DNA of 64,000 nt. It comes from Amoebidium appalachense. Lineage: Eukaryota; Protista; Ichthyosporea. The notes under the pieces are model-generated. The model had not been told where the DNA came from, ran no database searches, and saw only the letters and a list, made by a program, of their open reading frames with translations. This document shows positions 43,174 through 56,711 of this stretch, one piece after another. The position numbers and the translations under genes were made by a program. The stretch lies in assembly GCA_963693365.1 (NCBI GenBank), contig CAVNZM010000007.1, positions 791,979 through 855,978 of the forward strand, written 5' to 3'. Numbering within the stretch: position 1 is the stretch's first letter; every line of letters begins with the position of its first letter.

Positions 43174-43619
43174 ACCACCACCACCACCACCACCACTGCC
43201 ACCCAACCACCAGAGTGACCGCCACCACAAAAAAAAAAAGAAAAAAAAACTCCCCTAATTATAACAATCAAAACCCACAGGTGAATTGGTATAGGACACG
43301 TCCCTCAGGCTGATGATGGGCTCTGTTCATGTGTCTTTTGCCTATGCATGTTTTCTTTTTTTGGTTTGATTCAGTCGGGCTAATTAATTAATGTTGTGGA
43401 TTTTTTGTTGTCTTTGGATGCATATCAATGCCAGCTCTTTCATGCAAGCTGTTCCCATTTCGCGTGACGCGTGCTTCGCCAGCTGCCCCCCCTCCCTCCC
43501 CCCCCCCCCCCCCTTTTTTTGGGGGCGCTCGCGGGAGTCCGATCCCGGGCCCACAAACATATGCACAACACGTACGCGCACACACACACACACACAAACA
43601 CGCACGCACGCACACCTCA

Positions 43620-43705
<86 letters not shown>

Positions 43706-44366
43706 CTGACAATGTCCATGAACACATGTACATGTGTGCACAACAATTCAATCATGATCATGATCAGAAATTGATCTGGCAATCTTCTAGCACCCCAACT
43801 CCTGGTGCACATATATACGGTGGTGACGTGGCAGCCATGTAAGATTGGCAGTGGCGGTGGGAATGGTGTGATGGCCATAACAGCACGGCGCCCTCCGCCC
43901 CTCCCAGTGAAAGAATGGCATAAGCCACGATTATTTTTACTTTTAAATTTAAATCTCACGCAACACATAATCGCCAAATTGTGGTAAACTTTACATGAGT
44001 CTACACGATCAACAGTCCATCCAGTGATCAAAAATGTTTTATACCGAAATAGGCTGACCTGTTACGGATCCGATTAGCCATATAAGGAAACTGCAAAAAA
44101 CCGTTTTTACGAAAGGTAGCCCTACGTAACATACGTTTATCATGTTATCGTGACCTGTCAAATCTCCTCAGTAGCCATCATATCATAACTAAGAAAAGTT
44201 TTTGGGATCCTCTCTTGAACTTTGTAGGGGGGAGGGTGAATGAAGACAAGTGGGTATAACATAACTCAGAGAACTTGCTACAGTGTGAACAGCAGCTATG
44301 GATCTTACTCTGGCTGAGCCCGGCAGCCTTATGCTGACCACACTTTGCTGACATATTCCACACAAC

Positions 44367-47125
44367 ATGAGAATTGGCTCAACAGCACACATCGATGTTA
44401 TCGAAGCTCCTACCGTGACGGACAAAAAGTGGTTCTTGAAGAGACCCAGGGGTAGCATTAGTGAGCTTCAGGACGCAAGTGTGAACATCAATGGGAAAGC
44501 TGCAATCATCAAAGAGTTTGAAGTAGCCTGTGCTGTTTTCCCCCATCCAAACCTCATTCTTCCAGAATCCCTTGTCTTTGTTTCCGAGAAGTCTGAAGGT
44601 GCTGCAGCTTTTCCGGTATGTAACAGCTATGCCATTTAACGGGACTTGCTTTATCTTCTCATCCCACGGATGTTATGTAGAGATGATTTGTGCCTCATAA
44701 TCACTGTGTGAGCAATTCTGTTTTACTCATCTACCCCTCCGTCTTCTGTGTCTCCTTTCACTTGGCCCCTCCTTCCACCTGTCACTTCCACGCGCTCTCC
44801 ACCCAAGCACCTCTTTTGGCTTATGTGTCCACGCACTCTGTCTAGATCTGAGTGTCATGACGGTGTTGTGAGTGATAGATCATATACTTGCCTGGAAAGA
44901 AGTCAAAGGCGAATAAGAGCCGAAAATACAAAGGGTTGCTGAGTGGTTGTATCCTGGATCGGTATTGGCTGGTTAGTGGCTGTATCCCAAAACATCTTGA
45001 GTGCAATTTGAGTGACGGGGGTTTTTCCTCTGCAGGCCATTAGGATCCCCTTCTTTGATGGAGCACCGCTGGCTCGTTTTCTTCAGGACAGGTTTAGGGG
45101 CAAGATTCGGAGCTCCTGCCCTTGGCACATTGCACACGCCAGCGTAGAGATGACCATGTGGCAGCTGCTACTTCAGGTAGCCAAGGGATTAGACCATCTC
45201 CATAGCTGTGGGGTCACGCATTTCGACTGTCATGCACGGAACATCCTTGTGGGCTACGAGCCCGGCACGAGCGCTCCCATTGCCAAGATCATAGACTTTG
45301 GTTACTCACAACTGGGTGACGCAAAGGTTGGGTGTGCTCCAAATCGCTGCCGGAACATGTCACCAGAAGAAGTAAACGCTTGGTGGACAAAGAAAGAAAT
45401 GCATGTTGACGGGCCTGAATGTGAAGTTTACAAGTTCGGAAACCTCGTATTCAGCCTCCTCTACCAAGCAGAACGCAAGTACACTCTCGAGCCAGGCGAC
45501 TATTTCTGTCACGACCAAGATGATGTTTGCTGCAACGGTGATGATGCACTCCACTACCCAAAATTTCCAACCACAGTAGACGAGCTGATCGAGTCGATTC
45601 AGACGGATGAGTTTTGTGGATCTCTCGATGAAGATGTGTGCTCTCTTTTCCGTGGTGTGTTTCAAAACGACCCAAAAGCGAGGATTAGCATGAACCAAGT
45701 GGTCTTAGCCATTGAATCCATCCTTGTGCGCATGAAAATGAAAAAAATCCTTTCACCCGGAATTGATGTTCAGTGCCCATCAGAAGTGGTCATGGCGATT
45801 GTGGAAACAGAAAGAAATTTGGCACGGCTTCGGCAGATGTTGGAAGAGGGCGTAAAGGTGGGTGTGGCGCTATGGCGGTGTGGCGCACTTTGTGGCCATT
45901 GAACAGACGTTCCAGGAGATGTCAAAGCAGGTGCAGATGGCTATCAGGTGTGTCTTTTGGGTTTTCTCTTTTGTGTGTGTGTTCTTGTTTATCTTTTTTT
46001 TTTTGTGTGTGTGTGGAGGGTGTTCTCCCCCCCCCCCCCCCCCCTTTTTTTTTTTTCTTCTTTTCTTTTTTTGGTGTGTGTGTGGGGGGGGGGAGTCCAC
46101 ACACACCATAAAAAGAAAAGAAGAAAAAAAGGGGGGGGAGGGGGGGGGGGGAGGAGGGGGGGGCAGGGGGGAGGAGGAGGGGGGAGGGTCCTTTTTTCGT
46201 GTTCTTTCTTTCTTTTTTTTGTCTGCATCCTTACATCTCCTTTTTTCTGTGCGTGTGTGCTCTCTTTCTCTCTCTCCCTCTCTCTCTCTCTCTTCCCCCC
46301 CCCCCCCCCCCCTTTTTTTTTTTTTGTGTATGTCCTTTTTTTTTTTTTTTTTTTTTTTGTGAGCTTGTTCTTTTTTTTATTTTTTTTTTAAAAGGGATGA
46401 TGGAACACGAGCGTTCAATTTTAAAGTTTCTTGTTGCTTGTGTCTCGTCATAGTGGCGAACAGAATTGAATGCTGGAATGATTTGTGTTGTTTGCTTCTG
46501 ACTTCTTTGTTTTCTTTTTGTTGCAGACCTTGTGTATTGCTTGCTTGATTCGGTTTATCTTTGCAGGACTTATGAGACCTTGGGCACATTCTTCTGGTTT
46601 GGGTGGCAAGTGCAAAGGGCTGAAAAAAAAAAGGTTTGAAGGGTGTGATGGTGGTTTGAGGGGGAGGGGAAAGGGGGGAGGTGGAAGGGGGGACAGTGGG
46701 GGGAGAGAGAAGGGGGGGGGGGGGGAGGGGGGAGGAAAGAGAGAGGGAGAGGGAGGGAGAATGAGGGGGGGGGGGGGGGGGGGGGGGGAAGAGGGGGGAG
46801 AGAGAGAGAGAGAGAGAGGGTGGGGGGAGTTGCGGGGGGGGTCTGATTCAGTGCTCCACTGGCATAAAATTTGATGTCTTGTGTAACATTACAAAACCAC
46901 TATGGTGTTACCATAATCTTTTATGTTTTCCTTTAACAAAATTCCCACCATCCAGCCCCGACTGGGACCTGCTGGCCAAACCTTATCCCTCTCTCCCATA
47001 CGGTGCAAATGGCAACGAGCAGCACCCCTTAGCTGGTGTCCCTGCTCATGGCCAAGACAGTGTGAGCAGGTGGGTGGGTGGCTGTTTTTTTTTCCCTTTT
47101 TTATGTGTGTGTGTGTGTGTGTGTG

Positions 47126-47162
<37 letters not shown>

Positions 47163-47215
47163 TGGATGGGCGGGTGGGCGGGTGGATGGGTGAGGGGGTG
47201 TTTTTGTGTGTGTGT

Positions 47216-47247
<32 letters not shown>

Positions 47248-47291
47248 GATGTACAATACACACATACTCTCTTCCTCTATTTCTCTCTTTC

Positions 47292-47327
<36 letters not shown>

Positions 47328-47970
47328 AAAAAAGTAATATAAAAGGGAAAGAAACAAAGAAAAGGAAAATGAAATAAAAAACGATGTCTGTAACCCTTGG
47401 CCCATTTCACATACCCCGCCGATACTCAGATCTACCTACCCAACCCTATTTCCCAATACTTATTTGCTCGTACCTACTCACACACAAAGAACCCGTTACA
47501 AACCCCCCTACACTGTTTTCCATCTCTCCACTCCATTTGAGGATTCGCCCACACTCTCGCACACAAACACCTAACCCCCCTCCCCCCCCCCCTCCCCCCC
47601 CCCTCAACACACACACACACACATTGCTTGAATTCTTAAGAAAGCTGGAATAAGTTTTCGTTTTTTCGTTCTGTTTGCTAGATACAAAGGATGATATTAA
47701 CATTTTTTCCTTTCGCCAGGGAGAGCCGACAGCAGGGCGGCACATCAGATACACAGCAGCCCACATGCAGAAAACGTGAGAGTTCACCAGGGAAGGATAT
47801 GCAGAAAAGAGGCAACGGTTGGAAGAGGAGGCCAGTGGCAACGAGGCTGTTGTGGCTGGCAATGTAGATGGGCTGGTATGTATGCTGAGTGTGTGTGGGG
47901 GGGGTGTGGGGGGTGGGGGGGGGTGGGTGTGTGCGTGTGTGTGCGTGTGTGTGTACGTGTGTGCCTGTGC

Positions 47971-48034
<64 letters not shown>

Positions 48035-48152
48035 CCTTGGTAGCATGTAGTTGGGTGTTGTAAGAGGAGGGTCTTTTCTAGATGCATTAATCAAGTTATT
48101 ATTGCACAACCCTCGACCGGTTGTGTACCTCGTACTCGAAAAAAATTATTTA

Positions 48153-48198
<46 letters not shown>

Positions 48199-48892
48199 TC
48201 CTCTCGGCGTCTCCTCACTCCCTCCCTTCCTCGGACATGCTCGTGCCCTCCGAAGTGCCCATTATCTTCGTTGCAAACCTGCATGCCACTCAGTTGGCCT
48301 TCTCCCTCCGCCTCCCACATCTTTACTTCCATGCAACCGGGCATGGTTGCTCTGTGTCGTGCATCTGTAAGCACATACGCGTTTGTCGCTGCACTGCATT
48401 AGTTTGCACATACATCTTCACCGTTTTGCTCACCTTGCTTGCATAAGCAACCCTGCTCGTCTTTGATCAAGACGGGTTGACCCACCCAAGTTCAGTTGAT
48501 GCTGCTGTCTGAGTTGGAGCGTCGTATATACGCGGGCTAAGGGGTCGAAACTCAGACGCAATTGATGACTTGGGCCCTCCCTGAGGATGGGCTCTGCTTA
48601 TGGCGCATACTGTGCGCATGGCTGATGCTGCATACTTGAATGTTTGCCTTTGCATGTGTCCTGCACCATGCTTCTCATCGTGTATGCGTACTTCGTACTG
48701 TGTTCCGCATTCAAACCCCCCCCCCCCCCCCCCCCTCTTCCTCCCCGCTCCCCCCCTCCCCCCACCTATCCACCCATCCACTAACACCACCACCACCACC
48801 ACCACTCCCCTCCCCCATTGATTGGGTAGCCAGACTGCATACATGGCATTGTGTTGGAAGACCCCTCCCCCCCCCTTCCCCCTTCCTCCTAC

Positions 48893-48928
<36 letters not shown>

Positions 48929-49533
48929 ACACACACACCCGCCACCACCTTAACCCACACACACAGCTGCATACCCAACCACTAGATTGCCCCTTCCACC
49001 CCTTTTTTCCGAAACCCCCCTCCCCCTCCCTCCCCCCCGGAAACCCTTCACCGGTGCTTTATTAGTTTTTGTGCAACATGTTGCTGAGGTGTAAAATTGA
49101 CCATTCCACGGTTTACACGTATTTCCTTATCAACATATTACTTGTAAAAAAGGGTACTATTGCTGTAAAACTACAAATAATTACTTTCCTTTCTAGTTAA
49201 ATATAACATAGAAAGTCTTATTAACCAAAATTTATTTGGTACAGAGAGACTCTACCCCGAACAATTATTTTAAGTGCCTGATCCATGCACTGCCTCCCCC
49301 CCCCCCCCCCCCCCCCCACCCCCTACCACGCGCGAGAGGTTAGAGAGTCGAAACCCATTGCTTTTGTGGAGACATAGGAACCCCCCTGATGATGGGATCT
49401 GTTCAAGTATCTTCTGCCTGCACACTTAATTTGTTTGATTTTGGATTTCCCATTTGTGACGTTTTGTTGATGTTCGTTGTTGTCTCCTCCATATTTCCAA
49501 CCCTCTAACGCATACATCACTCCCCCACCCCCT

Positions 49534-49587
<54 letters not shown>

Positions 49588-50120
49588 ATCCCCCCCCCCC
49601 CCCCCCCCCAGCAGTGCATGGACGACCATGAGTGGTGCGGCATGGTGGCTGCCAAGATGGGCCTGCAGCTGCACTCTGAGGGCCCACCCAACCACATGGT
49701 CACCGTGCTGCCCGGCCAGACTCAGCCCCTCTGCAACCCCATCCTCCCCTCTGCCCTCCGCCAAAAGGCATTGAACAGGCTCCATGCTGCAACGGCGGAT
49801 AACCGTCCCGTTTGGGCCGAAATCGTCAATGTTTTCTGGTCTAAACATGACTCGGTCCAACGTGGGATTCCAGCTGGTCTAATGGGGTATAGCAAGGAGA
49901 CGGGGCGGTGGGAGGGCTGTGTGGGTGTGGACGATGGCAAAGGGGGGGTGCTGCTGCCTGAGTTCTTCCACGGTGCAAGTAAGGCGGTGGCTGTGGCCTG
50001 TGCTGAGGCTAGTGTGCATGCTGGCAAGGGGCTAAATGCTCCCTATGTGAGGCCGATACTTTCCAAATTAGGTAGGTGGGTTGTGAGGCAGGAGGGGGAG
50101 GGGGGGAGGGGGGGGGGGGG

Positions 50121-50155
<35 letters not shown>

Positions 50156-51371
50156 GGGGGGGGGGGGGGGGGGGGAAGGGAGGGCACCGGGCGTGTGTTG
50201 TGGTGATTGTATCTTGGAGCGGATATAGGGGTGTTGTACGGTACTATGTGTTTTTTTTTTTCCGTGCTTGAATGCAGATTTCAAACTAGGGAAGGTGTGA
50301 TGCAAAGAGAATGACTATGCCCTATTTACTACTTCTGCTTGCCATATCTTCATTTCCCCCCCAGGTTCAGCTGTAGGCACCATATCGCCCCCAACCAAGC
50401 ATTCCTTGACACCCGTATGCACACCCGCAGGAACCCAAGGAATTATGAAAGAAACGACGCACATACAAATTAAAACCATTCTCTCCTGAACTTGCGATCA
50501 CAACACTAATATTTGTCCCCATTTCCCCCCTAGTCATGCTCTTGTGTATGCCATCACCACCACATCCTAAACCTTCTCCACACAGAGTGTGCTCTCAACC
50601 GTAAACCACCCATCGCTTATCAAGACATAAGCAGTGTTCCCACGGACCCCTCCTCCCACCGCTTCTTCCTCGGTGTAGGCCACCCCATCAACCCAACCAT
50701 CCAATCATCCGTCGAGGCTCACCTACAGTCCCCCCTCCGTTTCTCCGTGCCTCTACCCCCCGGCACAGACCCCAAACTTGTTGCCGCACAGATGCTTTCA
50801 CACCTTTCCAGCACGACACAGCACAAGCAGATGGAGGGTTTGATTGCACTTGCCAAGCTAGGTGTGGATGCAATAGAGGGGGATGAGGGGGTGTGTGGTT
50901 GGATAGTGTGTCTGTGGGTTGGGAGAGGTGGGGAAGGCGGTGGCACAGAGCTGTGTGCAGATGCTGGGGGCAAGGACTTGCTGCAGGCGGCCTGCAGACT
51001 CGGCAAGATGCCCTATGATGCACAGAACTGCCCCATCAGGTACCATGCCTCCCACTAATATGAGCCAAGTTAAATCACACACGTGCACATGTGCTTGTCT
51101 ACTTCTTCCTTGTTTCGGAAACTTTTACTGGCTGGGGGGTCCACTCGTCCCTTCCTCCCGTTGCTCCCCTCTGTGCGCACCTCTCCCTCCCCTCACCCTC
51201 CCCCCCCCCCCCCCCTCCCCCCCCCCCCCCCCCCCCCCCCAGGTTGGGCTCTCTTCTGTCTGTTCATTCTTCATCCCTGCCCTTTCTCCTTCGACATGAA
51301 TGCATCTGTGTGGATTGGTGTGCGTGTGTGTTTGCGTGTGCGTGTGTGTGTGTGCGTGTGTGTGTGTGTGT

Positions 51372-51405
<34 letters not shown>

Positions 51406-51667
51406 CTGAAAGATCCCAAATCGTTTGTTACATCATTAAATCTTGTGCGTCAATTGACACATTTAACTTTAACATTTCCATCAATGGTGACCAAACCACA
51501 AAATGAAGAAGAACAAGAAGAGAAACCTCACCATTAATATGATACGAGCGTGCATAGTTCAAAATGCTAAAATCATCCCACACAAATACAAAGACCATCG
51601 GTCAACGAAGTCCTAGTCAACACGTGTCCTTTCCCCCCCCCCCCCCCCCCCCCCCCCCGCCCGCCCG

Positions 51668-51704
<37 letters not shown>

Positions 51705-51945
51705 CTTACATTTACACTTTTTGTGTAGGGTCGAGGATGGGTTCGTGCACGATGCTGGCACCATGCGGGTTGGTGTGGGTCTTGCCCTGTGCCACCACCT
51801 CAAGGCCATCACACCACTACCGTGCACGGCACTCTCTGGACGTCTGAGTGTGAGGGTGGGGGGTGCTACGGTGAGGTGGGAGAGTGGATGTGTGGTGGTG
51901 GCACCACGTGTGGAGGTCGAGGCTTTAATTCTGCACAGCACGTGA
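44367..51945 (+). CDS. Atypical eukaryotic protein kinase with a long uncharacterised C-terminal region. Exons about 44367-44615, 45036-45947, 46956-47069, 47720-47875, 49612-50071, 50679-51039, 51729-51945.
   Basis: Kinase motifs FLKRP (beta3 Lys), IIKEF (alphaC Glu), HPNLI, LQVAKGLDHLHSCGVTHFDCHARNILV, AKIIDFG, MSPEE, EVYKFG, DPKARIS. Downstream exons join in phase if single-G indels are assumed at 45860-45862 and 47790-47792. The 5' end is uncertain (in-frame TGA at 44349 after ATG 44298). Confidence 0.75.
48330..48720 (+). mobile_element. Longest copy of a dispersed LINE-like 3'-end family. Other copies at about 8658-8765, 21430-21543, 22800-22950, 23427-23470, 23608-23735, 43270-43350, 49330-49525.
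   Basis: Shared core CCCTGANGATGGGCTCTGYTYA and a tail ...ATTC(C/A)AACCC running into a C tract. This copy reads ...HC..LHRFAHL...DAIDDLGPP* upstream of the core, resembling a LINE ORF2 C-terminus plus 3' UTR. Confidence 0.55.
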
Positions 51946-53832
51946 TATTCCTCCAATCATTGAGCGCCCTGGATGGTGGGTGTTGCGATATTAGCGGTGT
52001 TGGTGATGTGATGAAATGAATGTGGTGATCAGAACTTGACGATTGGCTTTGTTGTATCATGTCATGTAATGCCGGTGTTATAATGTGGGCGTATGGGTTA
52101 CCAAGGGTCTAGTGATATGGTGAGATGTGTCAGTATGAGATATATCTGTAAGAGGAAAAAACAATAGTTGCAGATATCAGCCGCATTAAGCTTATGGTGT
52201 CATGCAAGCTGGCGATAAAGTGACATTGTGGTTATTTTTCCCTCTTAAGCTTTTTAAGTTGTTTTGTTTCTATTTTTGAACTTTTGAATTTGCTGCTGCA
52301 TGCGGCCTGTGTAATTCTTGAAGAAATGAATGTTTATTGGATGAACGGGATTTGACCACAGCCAATAAATGGTAAACAGCAGGAATATGCATCACAAAAA
52401 AAAGGAAGTTAACACGTTTGTAAGCACCATTGTTGGTATAAGTTAACGACCAGATCAGCATTTCTCGATTTGGCATGAGCCCCAAGCCTCGGAGCACGCA
52501 AAGCATGTAATCCGGGATATGTGTGTGTGTGCGTGTGTATGTGTATGTGTGGGTGGGTGTGCATGTGGGTGTGCACGTGTGTGTGTGTACGTCTGTGTGT
52601 ACATGTGGGGGCCGGTGGGCGGGTGTGTGTGCGCGCGCACGTGTCACGGTTTGTAGGGGGGAGGAGGGGGAGGGGGGAGGGGGGGAGGGGGGAACAAGTT
52701 GGCCTCACGATTGGAGGCATGTGAGTCGATTGGTCGAGAACCTCAACTCTGGGTTACAACTGTAGCTACAACCCATATTCGTGTTCATGAGGGGCTCATT
52801 GGGAAGGTGTACATGTGCGGAGGGGGGGAGGGAGGGGGGGTTGACAATCCTGAAACTGTGTACTAACTAATTAGTCACCATTCTCTGTTTTTGTTCGTGT
52901 ACACACACGTGTGTGTCGAGGTACACACATATAATTAAGTCGATCAGTGTTTGTGTATGTGTGCGCGGGTGCGCCTGTGTGCGTGTCACAGTATGGGTCC
53001 GCGTGAGTGCAGGGGGGTTTCCTGTGTTTGTTTTTGTGTGCAGAGAGGAAGGAGGGCCAGGGGGGGGGAGGGGGGGAGGGGGGGGGGGGGGGGGGGGGGG
53101 GGGAGGCCGCGGGGCGGGGAGGGGAGGGGAAGGGGAATGCGAGTAGGCATTAGCAACAGATTAACCCAAGATGGGAGGGGAGGTCGCAAGGGGGGGCAGG
53201 GGAAGGGGAAGGGGGAGGGGAGGGGGGAGGGGGGTAAAAAGGTGAAGAGACGAGAAAGAGGCACATACAGAGTCACAAGGGCAGTATATGTGACACAGAC
53301 ATGGAACCTGGGAATTTTAATTAGTAGATGTATTTTACTGCCTGCCCAGCACGAGGCTGGGCACCGCCTTATTGCTTCGATCAATACGGATATACTCACA
53401 CGATTACTTTTGAACAGATCGAACCAGCATATATTGCCCCCCCACTCACCCCTCCCCTCGGCTACCATATGATCACAGCTTACTAAAACAGCACATCGCC
53501 CCCCACTTTTTTTTTTTTTGTGTAGGATTGAAGTTCGGATCCCCCAAAACTTCCTATGGTGGGGCGGGTCGTATGTGTGTAACCATTTTTCTTTTTTTCT
53601 TTTGACTGGCCGGTAACCATGCTCCCGGGAATTTGACACCCCATTTCCATATGTGTGTAGCAGTATGTAATTAGTAAATACGAAAAATGGAGCTTCGTTA
53701 TACCAGAACACCCCTTTTTAGTGTAAATTTGTTGATTTTTCCTATATGTAGGACCACTTGCAGTCCTATGTCTGTAACGGTATTTTAAGTGGCCTAGATC
53801 TCGAAACTGGAAAATCGTAAATCCACTGTTAC

Positions 53833-53908
53833 TCATCCAGTTTATTTCTCGTCATCCAGTTTATTTCTCGTCATCCAGTTTATTTCTCGTCATCCAGCTT
53901 ATTTCTCG
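53833..53908 (+). repeat. Four tandem copies of the 19-mer TCATCCAGTTTATTTCTCG
   Basis: Units at 53833, 53852, 53871 and 53890 (the last has one T>C). An identical 19-mer lies at 54043-54061. Confidence 0.95.
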
Positions 53909-54345
53909 CCCTGCCAATTTGCTCACTCTTTATAAAGTTTTTCTTCGTCCATGTTTCGAATATGGCCCCCCGTTACTCCTGTGTGCCCCTCCACGGCAAC
54001 AGCGCGTGGCTCTTCGGGAATTCGATTCCTTTCAGCGTGAATTCATCCAGTTTATTTCTCGAACCTCGCGTAGGCATCCTTGGGCGGCTCCCTTGCTGAG
54101 TGTTTTTGGTCCCCCTCCGGCGCGCCAGCGTATGAATGAATTAGGACTTCGCTTTTGTTTTCATTTGGTTAGACTTCCTTTTATCATCCTTTGTTGCGAT
54201 TCTTTCCTTCTTTTGCACCTGTTCCCGGCATTTCTGATGTCCGTGCGAAATGTCCTATCCCCAATCTCTCTCCCATTCCGAGATATCCTTTTAAATACTT
54301 ATCTCCTTTATTTTTCTCTTCTACTAGTTATCAGCAGTATGTTGC
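53909..54345 (+). mobile_element. Short LINE ORF2 fragment (post-RT region), related to the LINE at 58566-60533
   Basis: PANLLTLYKVFLRPCFEYGPPLL...ALREFDSFQ...PLLSVFG.P....RMNELGLRFCFHLVRLP aligns by eye with HPANLLL*YKTFLRPTFAYGLPLL...ALEEFDDFQ...PLISMFGLP...RMEELSLRLCFHLVRIP at 59540-59800. Confidence 0.85.
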
Positions 54346-54611
54346 TTGGTTTCACACACACAAACACACACACACACATGCACCCGTTTTCTGAACCCGC
54401 TTGTCGTCGTTTGCCTTGTGTTCCCACGAATCGGATGCATTCAACCCCCTCCCCCCCCCCCTCCCCCGCCCCTCCCCCCCCCCCCCCCCCCCCCTCCACC
54501 ACCACCACCACCCACAGACACACACACACAGAGAGTGTGTATTAGACAATTGTATCAACCTGTACCGTTTCCTACCTCCCCTAACCCACCCTCCCCCTCC
54601 CCCCTCCCCCC

Positions 54612-54642
<31 letters not shown>

Positions 54643-54768
54643 ACCCACCCACCTACCCCCATACGCACATACACACTGGTCCGTGGATGCCCTCCATGCC
54701 CTCCTACGCACTCACTCGCACTCAGACCTTTTCCCTCTCATAGGTGTGTTGCATGCCCCTTCTTCGCT

Positions 54769-54816
<48 letters not shown>

Positions 54817-55100
54817 AAAAAAAAAAAAAAAAGGAAAGGAAACAAACAAAGGAAGAAAGAAAAGCCCCCTTTTGTCTTATGCCGTCGGCATAATACTAGA
54901 GCCATTCTGAATCATGTTAGGGTGTCAATGTTACTAGAAAAGCAGTTGGCCTGGGTTCAAGTTGTTGAGGAGAAACGATAGGCTCCTGGGCTCCCCCCCC
55001 CCCCCCCCCCCCCCCCGTTTCAAAAAGAAAAAGTACGAAATCTAAAGAAAGGAATCAGATGCCGTGCACACACACACACACACGCACGCCCGCACGCGCA

Positions 55101-55240
<140 letters not shown>

Positions 55241-56711
55241 ACACACAGGTGTGTGCGCGCACGTACGGAAACCGTTGTGACATGTGACCCACCAAAGTCA
55301 ACCAAAAATTCCGATGGTACCCGGTGGCAGTCTTTCGGAAAAAAAGAAGAGGATACGCATGCGTGCACACAGGCACACATGCAGTGATGCCGGCGCGTGC
55401 GTGCACACACGCACACGCGCGCGCGCGCGTCGATGTATATAGTGTAAAAACTGCCAGCCAATAAAGCCCAAGCTTTAACACGGCCCTGCTTTGGGTATCC
55501 CCTTTGTTTCGAGGGGGGGGGGGGGGGGGGGGATGTCTAAAGGGGACGGGAAGGGGAGGGGGGAGGGGAGGAGGGTGTAGGGGGAGGAGGGAGAGGGGAA
55601 AGGGGAGGTGGGCGGGTCTCTCAGAGGGGGGGAGGGAGGGGGGAGGGGGAGGATGTGTATCTGTGTTGGCAAAGTGAACACAGGCAGGATCGATATCTCC
55701 AATCAACAAATCTTTAACGGTAAAATTCCTGCAGGACATGTAACTTATGATGAAGTTTAATAATATGTACTGTTCGGATATATATAAGCTGTGGCATCAT
55801 ATGGGGAAGAACACATTTTTAAAGTTTGCTGTCGTGAAGTTTTGGTTCGATATCAGTTGTTGAAAAATCAGGTTGCCACCATCCTAGCATAAGCAAGTCT
55901 GTACACTACCAGGTAACTTGTGAAATTGCTCCATACAGCCACGGTAAAACAGCACGTTATATGGGTTATAAACGAATCATTAATATGGCTCTTGCAGATA
56001 AATGTACCAATATTCACAGTTGTAAATGATGACTGAATAAACAAAGTTCTCAACAAACCCGATGACATTCCATGTCACGTGCCATGCTGATCACCCCAAC
56101 ACGTGCACATTCTTCTTTTCATGCAAAGTCTCGAAAATATCTAAAACACTGTGCAAAACGGCGGTAACTCGTCGCATCCATTGGTAGCCCTTGCATAGGC
56201 AATACATGCTCCACATATACCCACCCTGACTTGCCTCCGCCTGGGCGGCCGCAAGGGAAAGAACAACCCTGTGTACATTTTTCATTGCACATGGGGTGCT
56301 GAGTGGGGTTTTCCTTGATGATTTTGCAGTTGTTTTGCGCAAAACGCACCAGCTCCCCCTGTGGAGGGTTGGGTTTTTTATTTTGTTTTTTTTTTTTTTT
56401 TTTTTTGGGGGGGGGGGGTTGGGTTGGGGGGAGGGAGAGGGAGTGGCTTGAGGGAGGGGAAGGGGGGGGGGGGGGGGGGGGGGGGGGGGGAAGGGGGGGG
56501 GGGGGGGGGGGGGGGAGTTGTGAGTTCGAGTGTTGCTGTGTGTAGAGACAAGGATCTAGCTAGATTAGCGGTTTGGTCTATTTGGGTGATCATCATGCGG
56601 GCAAAGGATTGAATAGGGAAAAAGAGAAGATATTGTGGGGGTGATGTGGGGTGGGGGATTGGGTGCGCGAGTAGGTGCCGAGGTGGTTGCAGATGTGACG
56701 TGTGCTCGGGT

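Noticed and set aside
45775-45857. RhoGEF DH domain start after the kinase (EVVMAIVETERNL)
   Set aside because: Only a short helix-like resemblance; the following exons show no DH motifs.
53833-53908. CRISPR-like array
   Set aside because: The units are contiguous with no spacers, the context is eukaryotic, and no cas genes are present.
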